Shown here piece after piece: positions 13,572 to 28,400 of a stretch of DNA of 64,000 nucleotides; within the stretch, counting starts at the first letter, position 1; the number at the start of each line of letters is the position of its first letter. The notes below the pieces were generated by a model. The model worked only from the letters and a program-made list of their open reading frames with translations, was not told the origin of the DNA and did not search any database. A program made the position numbers and the translations under genes. Origin of the DNA: the human T2T-CHM13v2.0 reference genome, Homo sapiens; NCBI RefSeq assembly GCF_009914755.1, contig NC_060939.1; one strand, 5' to 3'.

Positions 13572-15799
13572 CCATTCCATTCCAGTCCATTCCATTCGAG
13601 TCCGTTCCATTCCAGTCCATTCCATTCGAGTCAATTCCATTCCATTCGATGTCTTTCCATAACGATCCATTCCATTCTATTCCTTTCGTTTCCATTCCAT
13701 TCTATTTCATTCCATTCGATTCCCTTCCATTGGACTCCTTTCCATTCGAGTGCATTCCATTCCGTTCCATTTCTTTCCGTTCTGTACGATTCCTACCGTT
13801 CGATTTCATTTTCTTCCAGTCCATTCCTTTCACGTCCATTCCATTCCATTTCACTCCATTCGATTCCATTCCACTCGATTCCACTTCGTTCCATTTCATT
13901 GCATTCCATTCTATTCAACTCTATTGCCTTCCATTCCATTCCATTCGATTACATTCCATGCGATTCCATTCGAAATCGAATCAATTACATTGCAATCCAT
14001 TACAATTGAGTCCGTTTTATTCCAGTCCACTGCATTCTGGTCCATTCCATTTGATTCCATTCCATTCTATTCCATTCCATACAGTTGCATTCCTTTGGAT
14101 TCCATGCTATATATATAAATTCAATTCGAGACCATTGCTTTTGAGTCCATTCTATGTGATTCCATTCCATTCAAGTCCATTACATTTGGTTCAATTCCAT
14201 TCCATTCCATTCCCTTCCATTCCATTCCAGTTGATATCAATCCATTCGATTCCATTCCATTCGAGCACATTCCATTCGAGTCCATTCCATTCGATGCCAT
14301 TCCATTTGATTCTATTCCATTAGTCTCCATTCAATTCCATTAATCTCCATTCCATTCCATTCTACTCCAACTGATTCCATTCCATTCTATTCCTTTCCAT
14401 TCCATTTCATTCCATTCCATTCCATTTCATTCCATTCCATTCCATTCGCTTCCATTCCATTCGTGTCCATTCCACTCCAGTCCATTCCATTCGTGTCCAT
14501 TCCATTCCAGTCCATTCCATTTGTGTCCACTGCATTCCATTCCACTCCATTCCATATTATTCCATTACACTCCCTTCCATTCTATTACTTTCATTTCCAT
14601 TCAATTCCATTCCATTTGATTCCATTCCACTCGGTTTCATTCCATTTGAGTCCACTCCATTCCATTCCATTCCATTCCATTCAGTTCCATTCCATTCTGT
14701 TCCATTCCATTCCGTTCCATTACATTCCATTCCATTCGGTACCATTCCATATTGTTCCATTCGATTCCATTCGAATCCATTCCATTCCAGTCCATTCCAT
14801 TCGATTCCATTCCATTCATTTCAATTCCATTCCATTCCATTCCATTACATTCCACTTGATTCCTCTCCATTCCCTTCCACTGCATTCCGTTCGATTCCAT
14901 TCCATACTATTGCATTCCATTCGATTACATTATATTCGAATAAGTTCCATTCAAGACCATTTCTTTTGAGTCCATTCTATTTGAGTCCATTCCCTTTGAT
15001 TCCATAACATTTGAGTCCATTCAATTCCATTCCTTTCGTTTCCATTCCATTTGATGCCATTCCATTCAATTCTGTTCTACTCGACTCCAATACATTCAAT
15101 TCCATTCCATCCGATTCCATTACATTCTTTTCATTTCTTATCCATTTCAAGCCATTCCACTCCATTCCATTCCACTCGTTTCCTTTCCATTCGAGTCCAT
15201 TCCTCTCCAGTCCATTCCGTTCAATCCATTCCATTCCAGTCCATTCCATTCGAGTCCGTTCCATTCCAGTAAATTCCATTCGAGTCAATTCCATTCCATT
15301 CGATGTCTTTCCATAACGATCCATTCCATTCTATTCCTTTCGATTCCATTCCATTCTATTTCATTCCATTCGATTCCCTTCCATTGGACTCCTTTCCATT
15401 CGAGTGCATTCCATTCCGTTCCATTTCTTTCCGTTCTGTACGATTCCTACCGTTCGATTTCATTTTGTTCCAGTCCATTCCTTTCGCGTCCATTCCATTC
15501 CATTTCACTCCATTCGATTCCATTCCACTCGATTCCACTTCGTTCCATTTCATTGCATTCCATTCTATTCAACTCTATTGCCTTCCATTCCATTCCATTC
15601 GATTACATTCCATGCGATTCCATTCGAAATCGAATCAATTACATTGCAAACCATTACTATTGAGTCCGTTTTATTCCAGTCCACTGCATTCTGGTCCATT
15701 CCATTTGATTCCATTCCATTCTATTCCATTCCATACAGTTGCATTCCATTGGATTCCATGCTATATCTATAAATTCAATTCGAGACCATTGCTTTTGAG

Positions 15800-18700
15800 T
15801 CCATTCTATATGATTCCATTCCATTCAAGTCCATTACATTTGGTTCAATTCCATTCCATTCCATTCCCTTTCATTCCATTCCATTTGATATCAATCCATT
15901 CGATTCCATTCCATTCGAGCACATTCCATTCGAGTCCATTCCATTCGATGCCATTCCATTTGATTCTATTCCATTAGTCTCCATTCAATTCCATTAATCT
16001 CCATTCCATTCCATTCTACTCCAACTGATTCCATTCCATTCTATTCCTTTCCATTCCATTTCATTCCATTCCATTCCATTTCATTCCATTCCATTCCATT
16101 CGTGTCCATTCCACTCCAGTCCATTCCATTCGTGTCCATTCCATTCCAGTCCATTCCATTTGTGTCCACTGCATTCCATTCCACTCCATTCCATATTATT
16201 CCATTACACTCCATTCCATTCTATTACTTTCATTTCCATTCAATTCCATTCCATTTGATTCCATTCCACTCGGTTTCATTCCATTTGAGTCCACTCCATT
16301 CCATTCCATTCCATTCCATTCAGTTCCATTCCATTCTGTTCCATTCCATTCCGTTCCATTACATTCCATTCCATTCGGTACCATTCCATATTGTTCCATT
16401 CGATTCCATTCGAATCCATTCCATTCCAGTCCATTCCATTCGATTCCATTCCATTCATTTCAATTCCATTCCATTCCATTCCATTACATTCCACTTGATT
16501 CCTCTACATTCCCTTCCACTGCATTCCGTTCGATTCCATTCCATTGCATTGCATTCCATTCCATTGGATTGCATTCCATTCGATTCCATTCCATTCGAAT
16601 CAATTACATAGCAATCCATTACATTCGAGTCTATTCTATTCCGTTCCATTCGATTTCGTTCCAATCCATTCGATTCCATTCCATTCGATTCCATTCCATA
16701 CTATTGCATTCCATTCTATTACATTATATTCGAATAAGTTCCATTCAAGACCATTTCTTTTGAGTCCATTCTATTTGAGTCCATTCCCTTTGATTCCATA
16801 ACATTTGAGTCCATTCAATTCCATTCCTTTCGTTCCCATTCCATTTGATGCCATTCCATTCAATTCTGTTCTACTCGACTCCAATACATTCAATTCCATT
16901 CCATCCGATTCCATTACATTCTTTTCATTTCTTATCCATTTCAAGCCATTCCACTCCATTCCATTCCACTCGTTTCCTTTCCATTCGAGTCCATTCCTCT
17001 CCAGTCCATTCCGTTCAATCCATTCCATTCCAGTCCATTCCATTCGAGTCCGTTCCATTCCAGTCCATTCCATTCGAGTCAATCCCATTCCATTCGATGT
17101 CTTTCCATAACGATCCATTCCATTCTATTCCTTTCAATTCCATTCCATTCTATTTCATTCCATTCGATTCCCTTCCATTGGACTCCTTTCCATTCGAGTG
17201 CATTCCATTCCTTTCCATTTCTTTCCGTTCTGTACGATTCCTACCGTTCGATTTCATTTTGTTCCAGTCCATTCCTTTCGCGTCCATTCCATTCCATTTC
17301 ACTCCATTCGATTCCATTCCACTCGATTCCACTTCGTTCCATTTCATTGCATTCCATTCTATTCACTCTATTGCCTTCCATTCCATTCCATTCGATTACA
17401 TTCCATGCGATTCCATTCGAAATCGAATCAATTACATTGCAATCCATTACTATTGAGTCCGTTTTATTCCAGTCCACTGCATTCTGGTCCATTCCATTTG
17501 ATTCCATTCCATTCTATTCCATTCCATACAGTTGCATTCCATTGGATTCCATGCTATATCTATAAATTCAATTCGAGACCATTGCTTTTGAGTCCATTCT
17601 ATATGATTCCATTCCATTCAAGTCCATTACATTTGGTTCAATTCCATTCCATTCCATTCCCTTCCATTCCATTCCAGTTGATATCAATCCATTCGATTCC
17701 ATTCCATTCGAGCACATTCCATTCGAGTCCATTCCATTCGATGCCATTCCATTTGATTCTATTCCATTAGTCTCCATTCAATTCCATTAATCTCCATTCC
17801 ATTCCATTCTACTCCAACTGATTCCATTCCATTCTATTCCTTTCCATTCCATTTCATTCCATTCCATTCCATTTCATTCCATTCCATTCCATTCCATTCC
17901 ATTCGCTTCCATTCCATTCGTGTCCATTCCATTCCAGTCCATTCCATTTGTGTCCACTGCATTCCATTCCACTCCATTCCATATTATTCCATTACACTCC
18001 ATTCCATTCTATTACTTTCATTTCCATTCAATTCCATTCCATTTGATTCCATTCCACTCGGTTTCATTCCATTTGAGTCCACTCCATTCCATTCCATTCC
18101 ATTCCATTCAGTTCCATTCCATTCTGTTCCATTCCATTCCGTTCCATTGCATTCCATTCCATTCGGTACCATTCCATATTGTTCCATTCGATTCCATTCG
18201 AATCCATTCCATTCCAGTCCATTCCATTCGATTCCATTCCATTCCTTTCAATTCCATTCCATTCCATTCCATTCCACTTGATTCCTCTCCATTCCCTTCC
18301 ACTGCATTCCATTGCATTGCATTCCATTCCATTGGACTGCATTCCATTCGATTCCATTCCATTCGAATCAATTACATAGCAATCCATTACATTCGAGTCT
18401 ATTCTATTCCGTTCCATTCGATTTCGTTCCAATCCATTCGATTCCATTCCATTCGATTCCATTCCATACTATTGCATTCCATTCGATTACATTATATTCG
18501 AATAAGTTCCATTCAAGACCATTTCTTTTGAGTCCATTCTATTTGAGTCCATTCCCTTTGATTCCATAACATTTGAGTCCATTCAATTCCATTCCTTTCG
18601 TTTCCATTCCATTTGATGCCATTCCATTCAATTCTGTTCTACTCGACTCCAATACATTCAATTCCATTCCATCCGATTCCATTACATTCTTTTCATTTCT

Positions 18701-21700
18701 TATCCATTTCAAGCCATTCCACTCCATTCCATTCCACTCGTTTCCTTTCCATTCGAGTCCATTCCTCTCCAGTCCATTCCGTTCAATCCATTCCATTCCA
18801 GTCCATTCCATTCGAGTCCGTTCCATTCCAGTCCATTCCATTCGAGTCAATTCCATTCCATTCGATGTCTTTCCATAACGATCCATTCCATTCTATTCCT
18901 TTCGATTCCATTCCATTCTATTTCATTCCATTCGATTCCCTTCCATTGGACTCCTTTCCATTCGAGTGCATTCCATTCCGTTCCATTTCTTTCCATTCTG
19001 TACGATTCCTACCGTTCGATTTCATTTTGTTCCAGTCCATTCCTTTCGCGTCCATTCCATTCCATTTCACTCCATTCGATTCCATTCCACTCGATTCCAC
19101 TTCGTTCCATTTCATTGCATTCCATTCTATTCAACTCTATTGCCTTCCATTCCATTCCATTCGATTACATTCCATGCGATTCCATTCGAAATCGAATCAA
19201 TTACATTGCAATCCATTACTATTGAGTCCGTTTTATTCCAGTCCACTGCATTCTGGTCCATTCCATTTGATTCCATTCCATTCTATTCCATTCCATACAG
19301 TTGCATTCCATTGGATTCCATGCTATATCTATAAATTCAATTCGAGACCATTGCTTTTGAGTCCATTCTATATGATTCCATTCCATTCAAGTCCATTACA
19401 TTTGGTTCAATTCCATTCCATTCCATTCCCTTTCATTCCATTCCATTTGATATCAATCCATTCGATTCCATTCCATTCGAGCACATTCCATTCGAGTCCA
19501 TTCCATTCGATGCCATTCCATTTGATTCTATTCCATTAGTCTCCATTCAATTCCATTAATCTCCATTCCATTCCATTCTACTCCAACTGATTCCATTCCA
19601 TTCTATTCCTTTCCATTCCATTTCATTCCATTCCATTCCATTTCATTCCATTCCATTCCATTCGTGTCCATTCCACTCCAGTCCATTCCATTCGTGTCCA
19701 TTCCATTCCAGTCCATTCCATTTGTGTCCACTGCATTCCATTCCACTCCATTCCATATTATTCCATTACACTCCATTCCATTCTATTACTTTCATTTCCA
19801 TTCAATTCCATTCCATTTGATTCCATTCCACTCGGTTTCATTCCATTTGAGTCCAATCCATTCCATTCCATTCCATTCCATTCAGTTCCATTCCATTCTG
19901 TTCCATTCCATTCCGTTCCATTACATTCCATTCCATTCGGTACCATTCCATATTGTTCCATTCGATTCCATTCGAATCCATTCCATTCCAGTCCATTCCA
20001 TTCGATTCCATTCCATTCATTTCAATTCCATTCCATTCCATTCCATTACATTCCACTTGATTCCTCTACATTCCCTTCCACTGCATTCCGTTCGATTCCA
20101 TTCCATTGCATTGCATTCCATTCCATTGGATTGCATTCCATTCGATTCCATTCCATTCGAATCAATTACATAGCAATCCATTACATTCGAGTCTATTCTA
20201 TTCCGTTCCATTCGATTTCGTTCCAATCCATTCGATTCCATTCCATTCGATTCCATTCCATACTATTGCATTCCATTCGATTACATTATATTCGAATAAG
20301 TTCCATTCAAGACCATTTCTTTTGAGTCCATTCTATTTGAGTCCATTCCCTTTGATTCCATAACATTTGAGTCCATTCAATTCCATTCCTTTCGTTTCCA
20401 TTCCATTTGATGCCATTCCATTCAATTCTGTTCTACTCGACTCCAATACATTCAATTCCATTCCATCCGATTCCATTACATTCTTTTCATTTCTTATCCA
20501 TTTCAAGCCATTCCACTCCATTCCATTCCACTCGTTTCCTTTCCATTCGAGTCCATTCCTCTCCAGTCCATTCCGTTCAATCCATTCCATTCCAGTCCAT
20601 TCCATTCGAGTCCGTTCCATTCCAGTCCATTCCATTCGAGTCAATCCCATTCCATTCGATGTCTTTCCATAACGATCCATTCCATTCTATTCCTTTCAAT
20701 TCCATTCCATTCTATTTCATTCCATTCGATTCCCTTCCATTGGACTCCTTTCCATTCGAGTGCATTCCATTCCTTTCCATTTCTTTCCGTTCTGTACGAT
20801 TCCTACCGTTCGATTTCATTTTGTTCCAGTCCATTCCTTTCGCGTCCATTCCATTCCATTTCACTCCATTCGATTCCATTCCACTCGATTCCACTTCGTT
20901 CCATTTCATTGCATTCCATTCTATTCACTCTATTGCCTTCCATTCCATTCCATTCGATTACATTCCATGCGATTCCATTCGAAATCGAATCAATTACATT
21001 GCAATCCATTACTATTGAGTCCGTTTTATTCCAGTCCACTGCATTCTGGTCCATTCCATTTGATTCCATTCCATTCTATTCCATTCCATTCAGTTGCATT
21101 CCATTGGATTCCATGCTATATCTATAAATTCAATTCGAGACCATTGATTTTGAGTCCATTCTATATGATTCCATTCCATTCAAGTCCATTACATTTGGTT
21201 CAATTCCATTCCATTCCATTCCCTTCCATTCCATTCCATTTGATATCAATCCATTCGATTCCATTCCATTCGAGCACATTCCATTCGAGTCCATTCCATT
21301 CGATGCCATTCCATTTGATTCTATTCCATTAGTCTCCATTCAATTCCATTAATCTCCATTCCATTCCATTCTACTCCAACTGATTCCATTCCATTCTATT
21401 CCTTTCCATTCCATTTCATTCCATTCCATTCCATTTCATTCCATTCCATTCCATTCCATTCCATTCGCTTCCATTCCATTCGTGTCCATTCCATTCCAGT
21501 CCATTCCATTTGTGTCCACTGCATTCCATTCTACTCCATTCCATATTATTCCATTACACTCCATTCCATTCTATTACTTTCATTTCCATTCAATTCCATT
21601 CCATTTGATTCCATTCCACTCGGTTTCATTCCATTTGAGTCCACTCCATTCCATTCCATTCCATTCCATTCAGTTCCATTCCATTCTGTTCCATTCCATT

Positions 21701-22400
21701 CCGTTCCATTGCATTCCATTCCATTCGGTACCATTCCATATTGTTCCATTCGATTCCATTCGAATCCATTCCATTCCAGTCCATTCCATTCGATTCCATT
21801 CCATTCCTTTCAATTCCATTCCATTCCATTCCATTCCACTTGATTCCTCTCCATTCCCTTCCACTGCATTCCATTGCATTGCATTCCATTCCATTGGACT
21901 GCATTCCATTCGATTCCATTCCATTCGAATCAATTACATAGCAATCCATTACATTCGAGTCTATTCTATTCCGTTCCATTCGATTTCGTTCCAATCCATT
22001 CGATTCCATTCCATTCGATTCCATTCCATACTATTGCATTCCATTCGATTACATTATATTCGAATAAGTTCCATTCAAGACCATTTCTTTTGAGTCCATT
22101 CTATTTGAGTCCATTCCCTTTGATTCCATAACATTTGAGTCCATTCAATTCCATTCCTTTCGTTTCCATTCCATTTGATGCCATTCCATTCAATTCTGTT
22201 CTACTCGACTCCAATACATTCAATTCCATTCCATCCGATTCCATTACATTCTTTTCATTTCTTATCCATTTCAAGCCATTCCACTCCATTCCATTCCACT
22301 CGTTTCCTTTCCATTCGAGTCCATTCCTCTCCAGTCCATTCCGTTCAATCCATTCCATTCCAGTCCATTCCATTCGAGTCCGTTCCATTCCAGTCCATTC
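15800..22400 (+). repeat. Imperfect tandem dimer with 3,562 bp period (1794 + 1768 bp units)
   Basis: ORF offsets of 3562 (16102/19664, 16805/20367, 17920/21482). Shared markers CCCTTTCATT, CCTCTACATT, GTCAATCCCATT and a 1-bp deletion (CTATTCACTC); several SNVs differ between the copies. Confidence 0.82.
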
Positions 22401-25400
22401 CATTCGAGTCAATTCCATCCCATTCGATGTCTTTCCATAACGATCCATTCCATTCTATTCCTTTCGATTCCATTCCATTCTATTTCATTCCATTCGATTC
22501 CCTTCCATTGGACTCCTTTCCATTCGAGTGCATTCCATTCCGTTCCATTTCTTTCCGTTCTGTACGATTCCTACCGTTCGATTTCATTTTGTTCCAGTCC
22601 ATTCCTTTCGCGTCCATTCCATTCCATTTCACTCCATTCGATTCCATTCCACTCGATTCCACTTCGTTCCATTTCATTGCATTCCATTCTATTCAACTCT
22701 ATTGCCTTCCATTCCATTCCATTCGATTACATTCCATGCGATTCCATTCGAAATCGAATCAATTACATTGCAATCCATTACAATTGAGTCCGTTTTATTC
22801 CAGTCCACTGCATTCTGGTCCATTCCATTTGATTCCATTCCATTCTATTCCATTCCATACAGTTGCATTCCATTGGATTCCATGCTATATCTATAAATTC
22901 AATTCGAGACCATTGCTTTTGAGTCCATTCTATATGATTCCATTCCATTCAAGTCCATTACATTTGGTTCAATTCCATTCCATTCCATTCCCTTCCATTC
23001 CATTCCATTTGATATCAATCCATTCGATTCCATTCCATTCGAGCACATTCCATTCGAGTCCATTCCATTCGATGCCATTCCATTTGATTCTATTCCATTA
23101 GTCTCCATTCAATTCCATTAATCTCCATTCTATTCCATTTTACTCCAACTGATTCCATTCCATTCTATTCCTTTCCATTCCATTTCATTCCATTCCATTC
23201 CATTCCATTCCATTCCATTCGTGTCCATTCCACTCCAGTCCATTCCATTCGTGTCCATTCCATTCCAGTCCATTCCATTTGTGTCCACTGCATTCCATTC
23301 CACTCCATTCCATATTATTCCAATACACTCCATTCCATTCTATCACTTTCATTTCCATTCAATTCCATTCCATTTGATTCCATTCCACTCGGTTTCATTC
23401 CATTTGAGTCCACTCCATTCCATTCCATTCCATTCCATTCAGTTCCATTCCATTCTGTTCCATTCCATTCCGTTCCATTACATTCCGTTCCATTCGGTAC
23501 CATTCCATATTGTTCCATTCGATTCCATTCGAATCCATTCCATTCCAGTCCATTCCATTCGATTCCATTCCATTCATTTCAATTCCATTCCATTCCATTC
23601 CATTACATTCCACTTGATTCCTCTCCATTCCCTTCCACTGCATTCCGTTCGATTCCATTCCATTGCATTGCATTCCATTCCATTGGATTGCATTCCATTC
23701 GATTCCATTCCATTCGAATCAATTACATAGCAATCCATTACATTCGAGTCTATTCTATTCCGTTCCATTCGATTTCGTTCCAATCCATTCGATTCCATTC
23801 CATTCGATTCCATTCCATACTATTGCATTTCATTCGATTACATTATATTCGAATAAGTTCCATTCAAGACCATTTCTTTTGAGTCCATTCTATTTGAGTC
23901 CATTCCCTTTGATTCCATAACATTTGAGTCCATTCAATTCCATTCCTTTCGTTTCCATTCCATTTGATGCCATTCCATTCAATTCTGTTCTACTCGACTC
24001 CAATACATTCAATTCCATTCCATCCGATTCCATTACATTCTTTTCATTTCTTATCCATTTCAAGCCATTCCACTCCATTCCATTCCACTCGTTTCCTTTC
24101 CATTCGAGTCCATTCCTCTCCAGTCCATTCCGTTCAATCCATTCCATTCCAGTCCATTCCATTCGAGTCCGTTCCATTCCAGTCCATTCCATTCGAGTCA
24201 ATTCCATCCCATTCGATGTCTTTCCATAACGATCCATTCCATTCTATTCCTTTCAATTCCATTCCATTCTATTGCATTCCATTCGATTCCCTTCCATTGG
24301 ACTCCTTTCCATTCGAGTGCATTCCATTCCGTTCCATTTCTTTCCGTTCTGTACGATTCCTACCGTTCGATTTCATTTTGTTCCAGTCCATTCCTTTCGC
24401 GTCCATTCCATTCCATTTCACTCCATTCGATTCCATTCCACTCGATTCCACTTCGTTCCATTTCATTGCATTCCATTCTATTCAACTCTATTGCCTTCCA
24501 TTCCATTCCATTCGATTACATTCCATGCGATTCCATTCGAAATCGAATCAATTACATTGCAATCCATTACAATTGAGTCCGTTTTATTCCAGTCCACTGC
24601 ATTCTGGTCCATTCCATTTGATTCCATTCCATTCTATTCCATTCCATACAGTTGCATTCCATTGGATTCCATGCTATATCTATAAATTCAATTCGAGACC
24701 ATTGCTTTTGAGTCCATTCTATATGATTCCATTCCATTCAAGTCCATTACATTTGGTTCAATTCCATTCCATTCCATTCCCTTCCATTCCATTCCATTTG
24801 ATATCAATCCATTCGATTCCATTCCATTCGAGCACATTCCATTCGAGTCCATTCCATTCGATGCCATTCCATTTGATTCTATTCCATTAGTCTCCATTCA
24901 ATTCCATTAATCTCCATTCTATTCCATTTTATTCCAACTGATTCCATTCCATTCTATTCCTTTCCATTCCATTTCATTCCATTCCATTCCATTCCATTCG
25001 TGTCCATTCCACTCCAGTCCATTCCATTCGTGTCCATTCCATTCCAGTCCATTCCATTTGTGTCCACTGCATTCCATTCCACTCCATTCCATATTATTCC
25101 AATACACTCCATTCCATTCTATCACTTTCATTTCCATTCAATTCCATTCCATTTGATTCCATTCCACTCGGTTTCATTCCATTTGAGTCCACTCCATTCC
25201 ATTCCATTCCATTCCATTCAGTTCCATTCCATTCTGTTCCATTCCATTCCGTTCCATTACATTCCGTTCCATTCGGTACCATTCCATATTGTTCCATTCG
25301 ATTCCATTCGAATCCATTCCATTCCAGTCCATTCCATTCGATTCCATTCCATTCATTTCAATTCCATTCCATTCCATTCCATTACATTCCACTTGATTCC

Positions 25401-28400
25401 TCTCCATTCCCTTCCACTGCATTCCGTTCGATTCCATTCCATTGCATTGCATTCCATTCCATTGGATTGCATTCCATTCGATTCCATTCCATTCGAATCA
25501 ATTACATAGCAATCCATTACATTCGAGTCTATTCTATTCCGTTCCATTCGATTTCGTTCCAATCCATTCGATTCCATTCCATTCGATTCCATTCCATACT
25601 ATTGCATTTCATTCGATTACATTATATTCGAATAAGTTCCATTCAAGACCATTTCTTTTGAGTCCATTCTATTTGAGTCCATTCCCTTTGATTCCATAAC
25701 ATTTGAGTCCATTCAATTCCATTCCTTTCGTTTCCATTCCATTTGATGCCATTCCATTCAATTCTGTTCTACTCGACTCCAATACATTCAATTCCATTCC
25801 ATCCGATTCCATTACATTCTTTTCATTTCTTATCCATTTCAAGCCATTCCACTCCATTCCATTCCACTCGTTTCCTTTCCATTCGAGTCCATTCCTCTCC
25901 AGTCCATTCCGTTCAATCCATTCCATTCCAGTCCATTCCATTCGAGTCCGTTCCATTCCAGTCCATTCCATTCGAGTCAATTCCATCCCATTCGATGTCT
26001 TTCCATAACGATCCATTCCATTCTATTCCTTTCAATTCCATTCCATTCTATTTCATTCCATTCGATTCCCTTCCATTGGACTCCTTTCCATTCGAGTGCA
26101 TTCCATTCCGTTCCATTTCTTTCCGTTCTGTACGATTCCTACCGTTCGATTTCATTTTGTTCCAGTCCATTCCTTTCGCGTCCATTCCATTCCATTTCAC
26201 TCCATTCGATTCCATTCCACTCGATTCCACTTCGTTCCATTTCATTGCATTCCATTCTATTCAACTCTATTGCCTTCCATTCCATTCCATTCGATTACAT
26301 TCCATGCGATTCCATTCGAAATCGAATCAATTACATTGCAATCCATTACTATTGAGTCCGTTTTATTCCAGTCCACTGCATTCTGGTCCATTCCATTTGA
26401 TTCCATTCCATTCTATTCCATTCCATACAGTTGCATTCCATTGGATTCCATGCTATATCTATAAATTCAATTCGAGACCATTGCTTTTGAGTCCATTCTA
26501 TATGATTCCATTCCATTCAAGTCCATTACATTTGGTTCAATTCCATTCCATTCCATTCCCTTCCATTCCATTCCATTTGATATCAATCCATTCGATTCCA
26601 TTCCATTCGAGCACATTCCATTCGAGTCCATTCCATTCGATGCCATTCCATTTGATTCTATTCCATTAGTCTCCATTCAATTCCATTAATCTCCATTCCA
26701 TTCCATTTTACTCCAACTGATTCCATTCCATTCTATTCCTTTCCATTCCATTTCATTCCATTCCATTCCATTCCATTCCATTCGTGTCCATTCCACTCCA
26801 GTCTATTCCATTCGTGTCCATTCCATTCCAGTCCATTCCATTTGTGTCCACTGCATTCCATTCCACTCCATTCCATATTATTCCAATACACTCCATTCCA
26901 TTCTATCACTTTCATTTCCATTCAATTCCATTCCATTTGATTCCATTCCACTCGGTTTCATTCCATTTGAGTCCACTCCATTCCATTCCATTCCATTCCA
27001 TTCAGTTCCATTCCATTCTGTTCCATTCCATTCCGTTCCATTACATTCCATTCCATTCGGTACCATTCCATATTGTTCCATTCGATTCCATTAGAATCCA
27101 TTCCATTCCAGTCCATTCCATTCGATTCCATTCCATTCATTTCAATTCCATTCCATTCCATTCCATTACATTCCACTTGATTCCTCTCCATTCCCTTCCA
27201 CTGCATTCCGTTCGATTCCATTCCATTGCATTGCATTCCATTCCATTGGATTGCATTCCATTCGATTCCATTCCATTCGAATCAATTACATAGCAATCCA
27301 TTACATTCGAGTCTATTCTATTCCGTTCCATTCGATTTCGTTCCAATCCATTCGATTCCATTCCATTCGATTCCATTCCATACTATTGCATTTCATTCGA
27401 TTACATTATATTCGAATAAGTTCCATTCAAGACCATTTCTTTTGAGTCCATTCTATTTGAGTCCATTCCCTTTGATTCCATAACATTTGAGTCCATTCAA
27501 TTCCATTCCTTTCGTTTCCATTCCATTTGATGCCATTCCATTCAATTCTGTTCTACTCGACTCCAATACATTCAATTCCATTCCATCCGATTCCATTACA
27601 TTCTTTTCATTTCTTATCCATTTCAAGCCATTCCACTCCATTCCATTCCACTCGTTTCCTTTCCATTCGAGTCCATTCCTCTCCAGTCCATTCCGTTCAA
27701 TCCATTCCATTCCAGTCCATTCCATTCGAGTCCGTTCCATTCCAGTCCATTCCATTCGAGTCAATTCCATCCCATTCGATGTCTTTCCATAACGATCCAT
27801 TCCATTCTATTCCTTTCAATTCCATTCCATTCTATTTCATTCCATTCGATTCCCTTCCATTGGACTCCTTTCCATTCGAGTGCATTCCATTCCGTTCCAT
27901 TTCTTTCCGTTCTGTACGATTCCTACCGTTCGATTTCATTTTGTTCCAGTCCATTCCTTTCGCGTCCATTCCATTCCATTTCACTCCATTCGATTCCATT
28001 CCACTCGATTCCACTTCGTTCCATTTCATTGCATTCCATTCTATTCAACTCTATTGCCTTCCATTCCATTCCATTCGATTACATTCCATGCGATTCCATT
28101 CGAAATCGAATCAATTACATTGCAATCCATTACTATTGAGTCCGTTTTATTCCAGTCCACTGCATTCTGGTCCATTCCATTTGATTCCATTCCATTCTAT
28201 TCCATTCCATACAGTTGCATTCCATTGGATTCCATGCTATATCTATAAATTCAATTCGAGACCATTGCTTTTGAGTCCATTCTATATGATTCCATTCCAT
28301 TCAAGTCCATTACATTTGGTTCCATTCCATTCCATTCCATTCCCTTCCATTCCATTCCATTTGATATCAATCCATTCGATTCCATTCCATTCGAGCACAT

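Larger units (their letters stand above)
2400..16558 (+). repeat. Tandem duplication of a 4-unit, 7,079 bp block (two copies)
   Basis: Variant-specific ORFs recur at exactly +7079 (2411/9490, 2672/9751, 3762/10841, 6204/13283, 7384/14463, 9023/16102). Both copies share a 74 bp duplication, a 155 bp deletion and private SNVs (GACTGCAATAC, CCAGTAAATTC, TGCAAACC). Confidence 0.93.

Noticed and set aside
15800-22400. DYZ1 (Yq12) identity suggested by the ~3.56 kb period
   Set aside because: The basic period is 1.79 kb with near-identical adjacent units; 3.56 kb is only a local dimer, and I noticed no HaeIII (GGCC) site of the kind that defines DYZ1.
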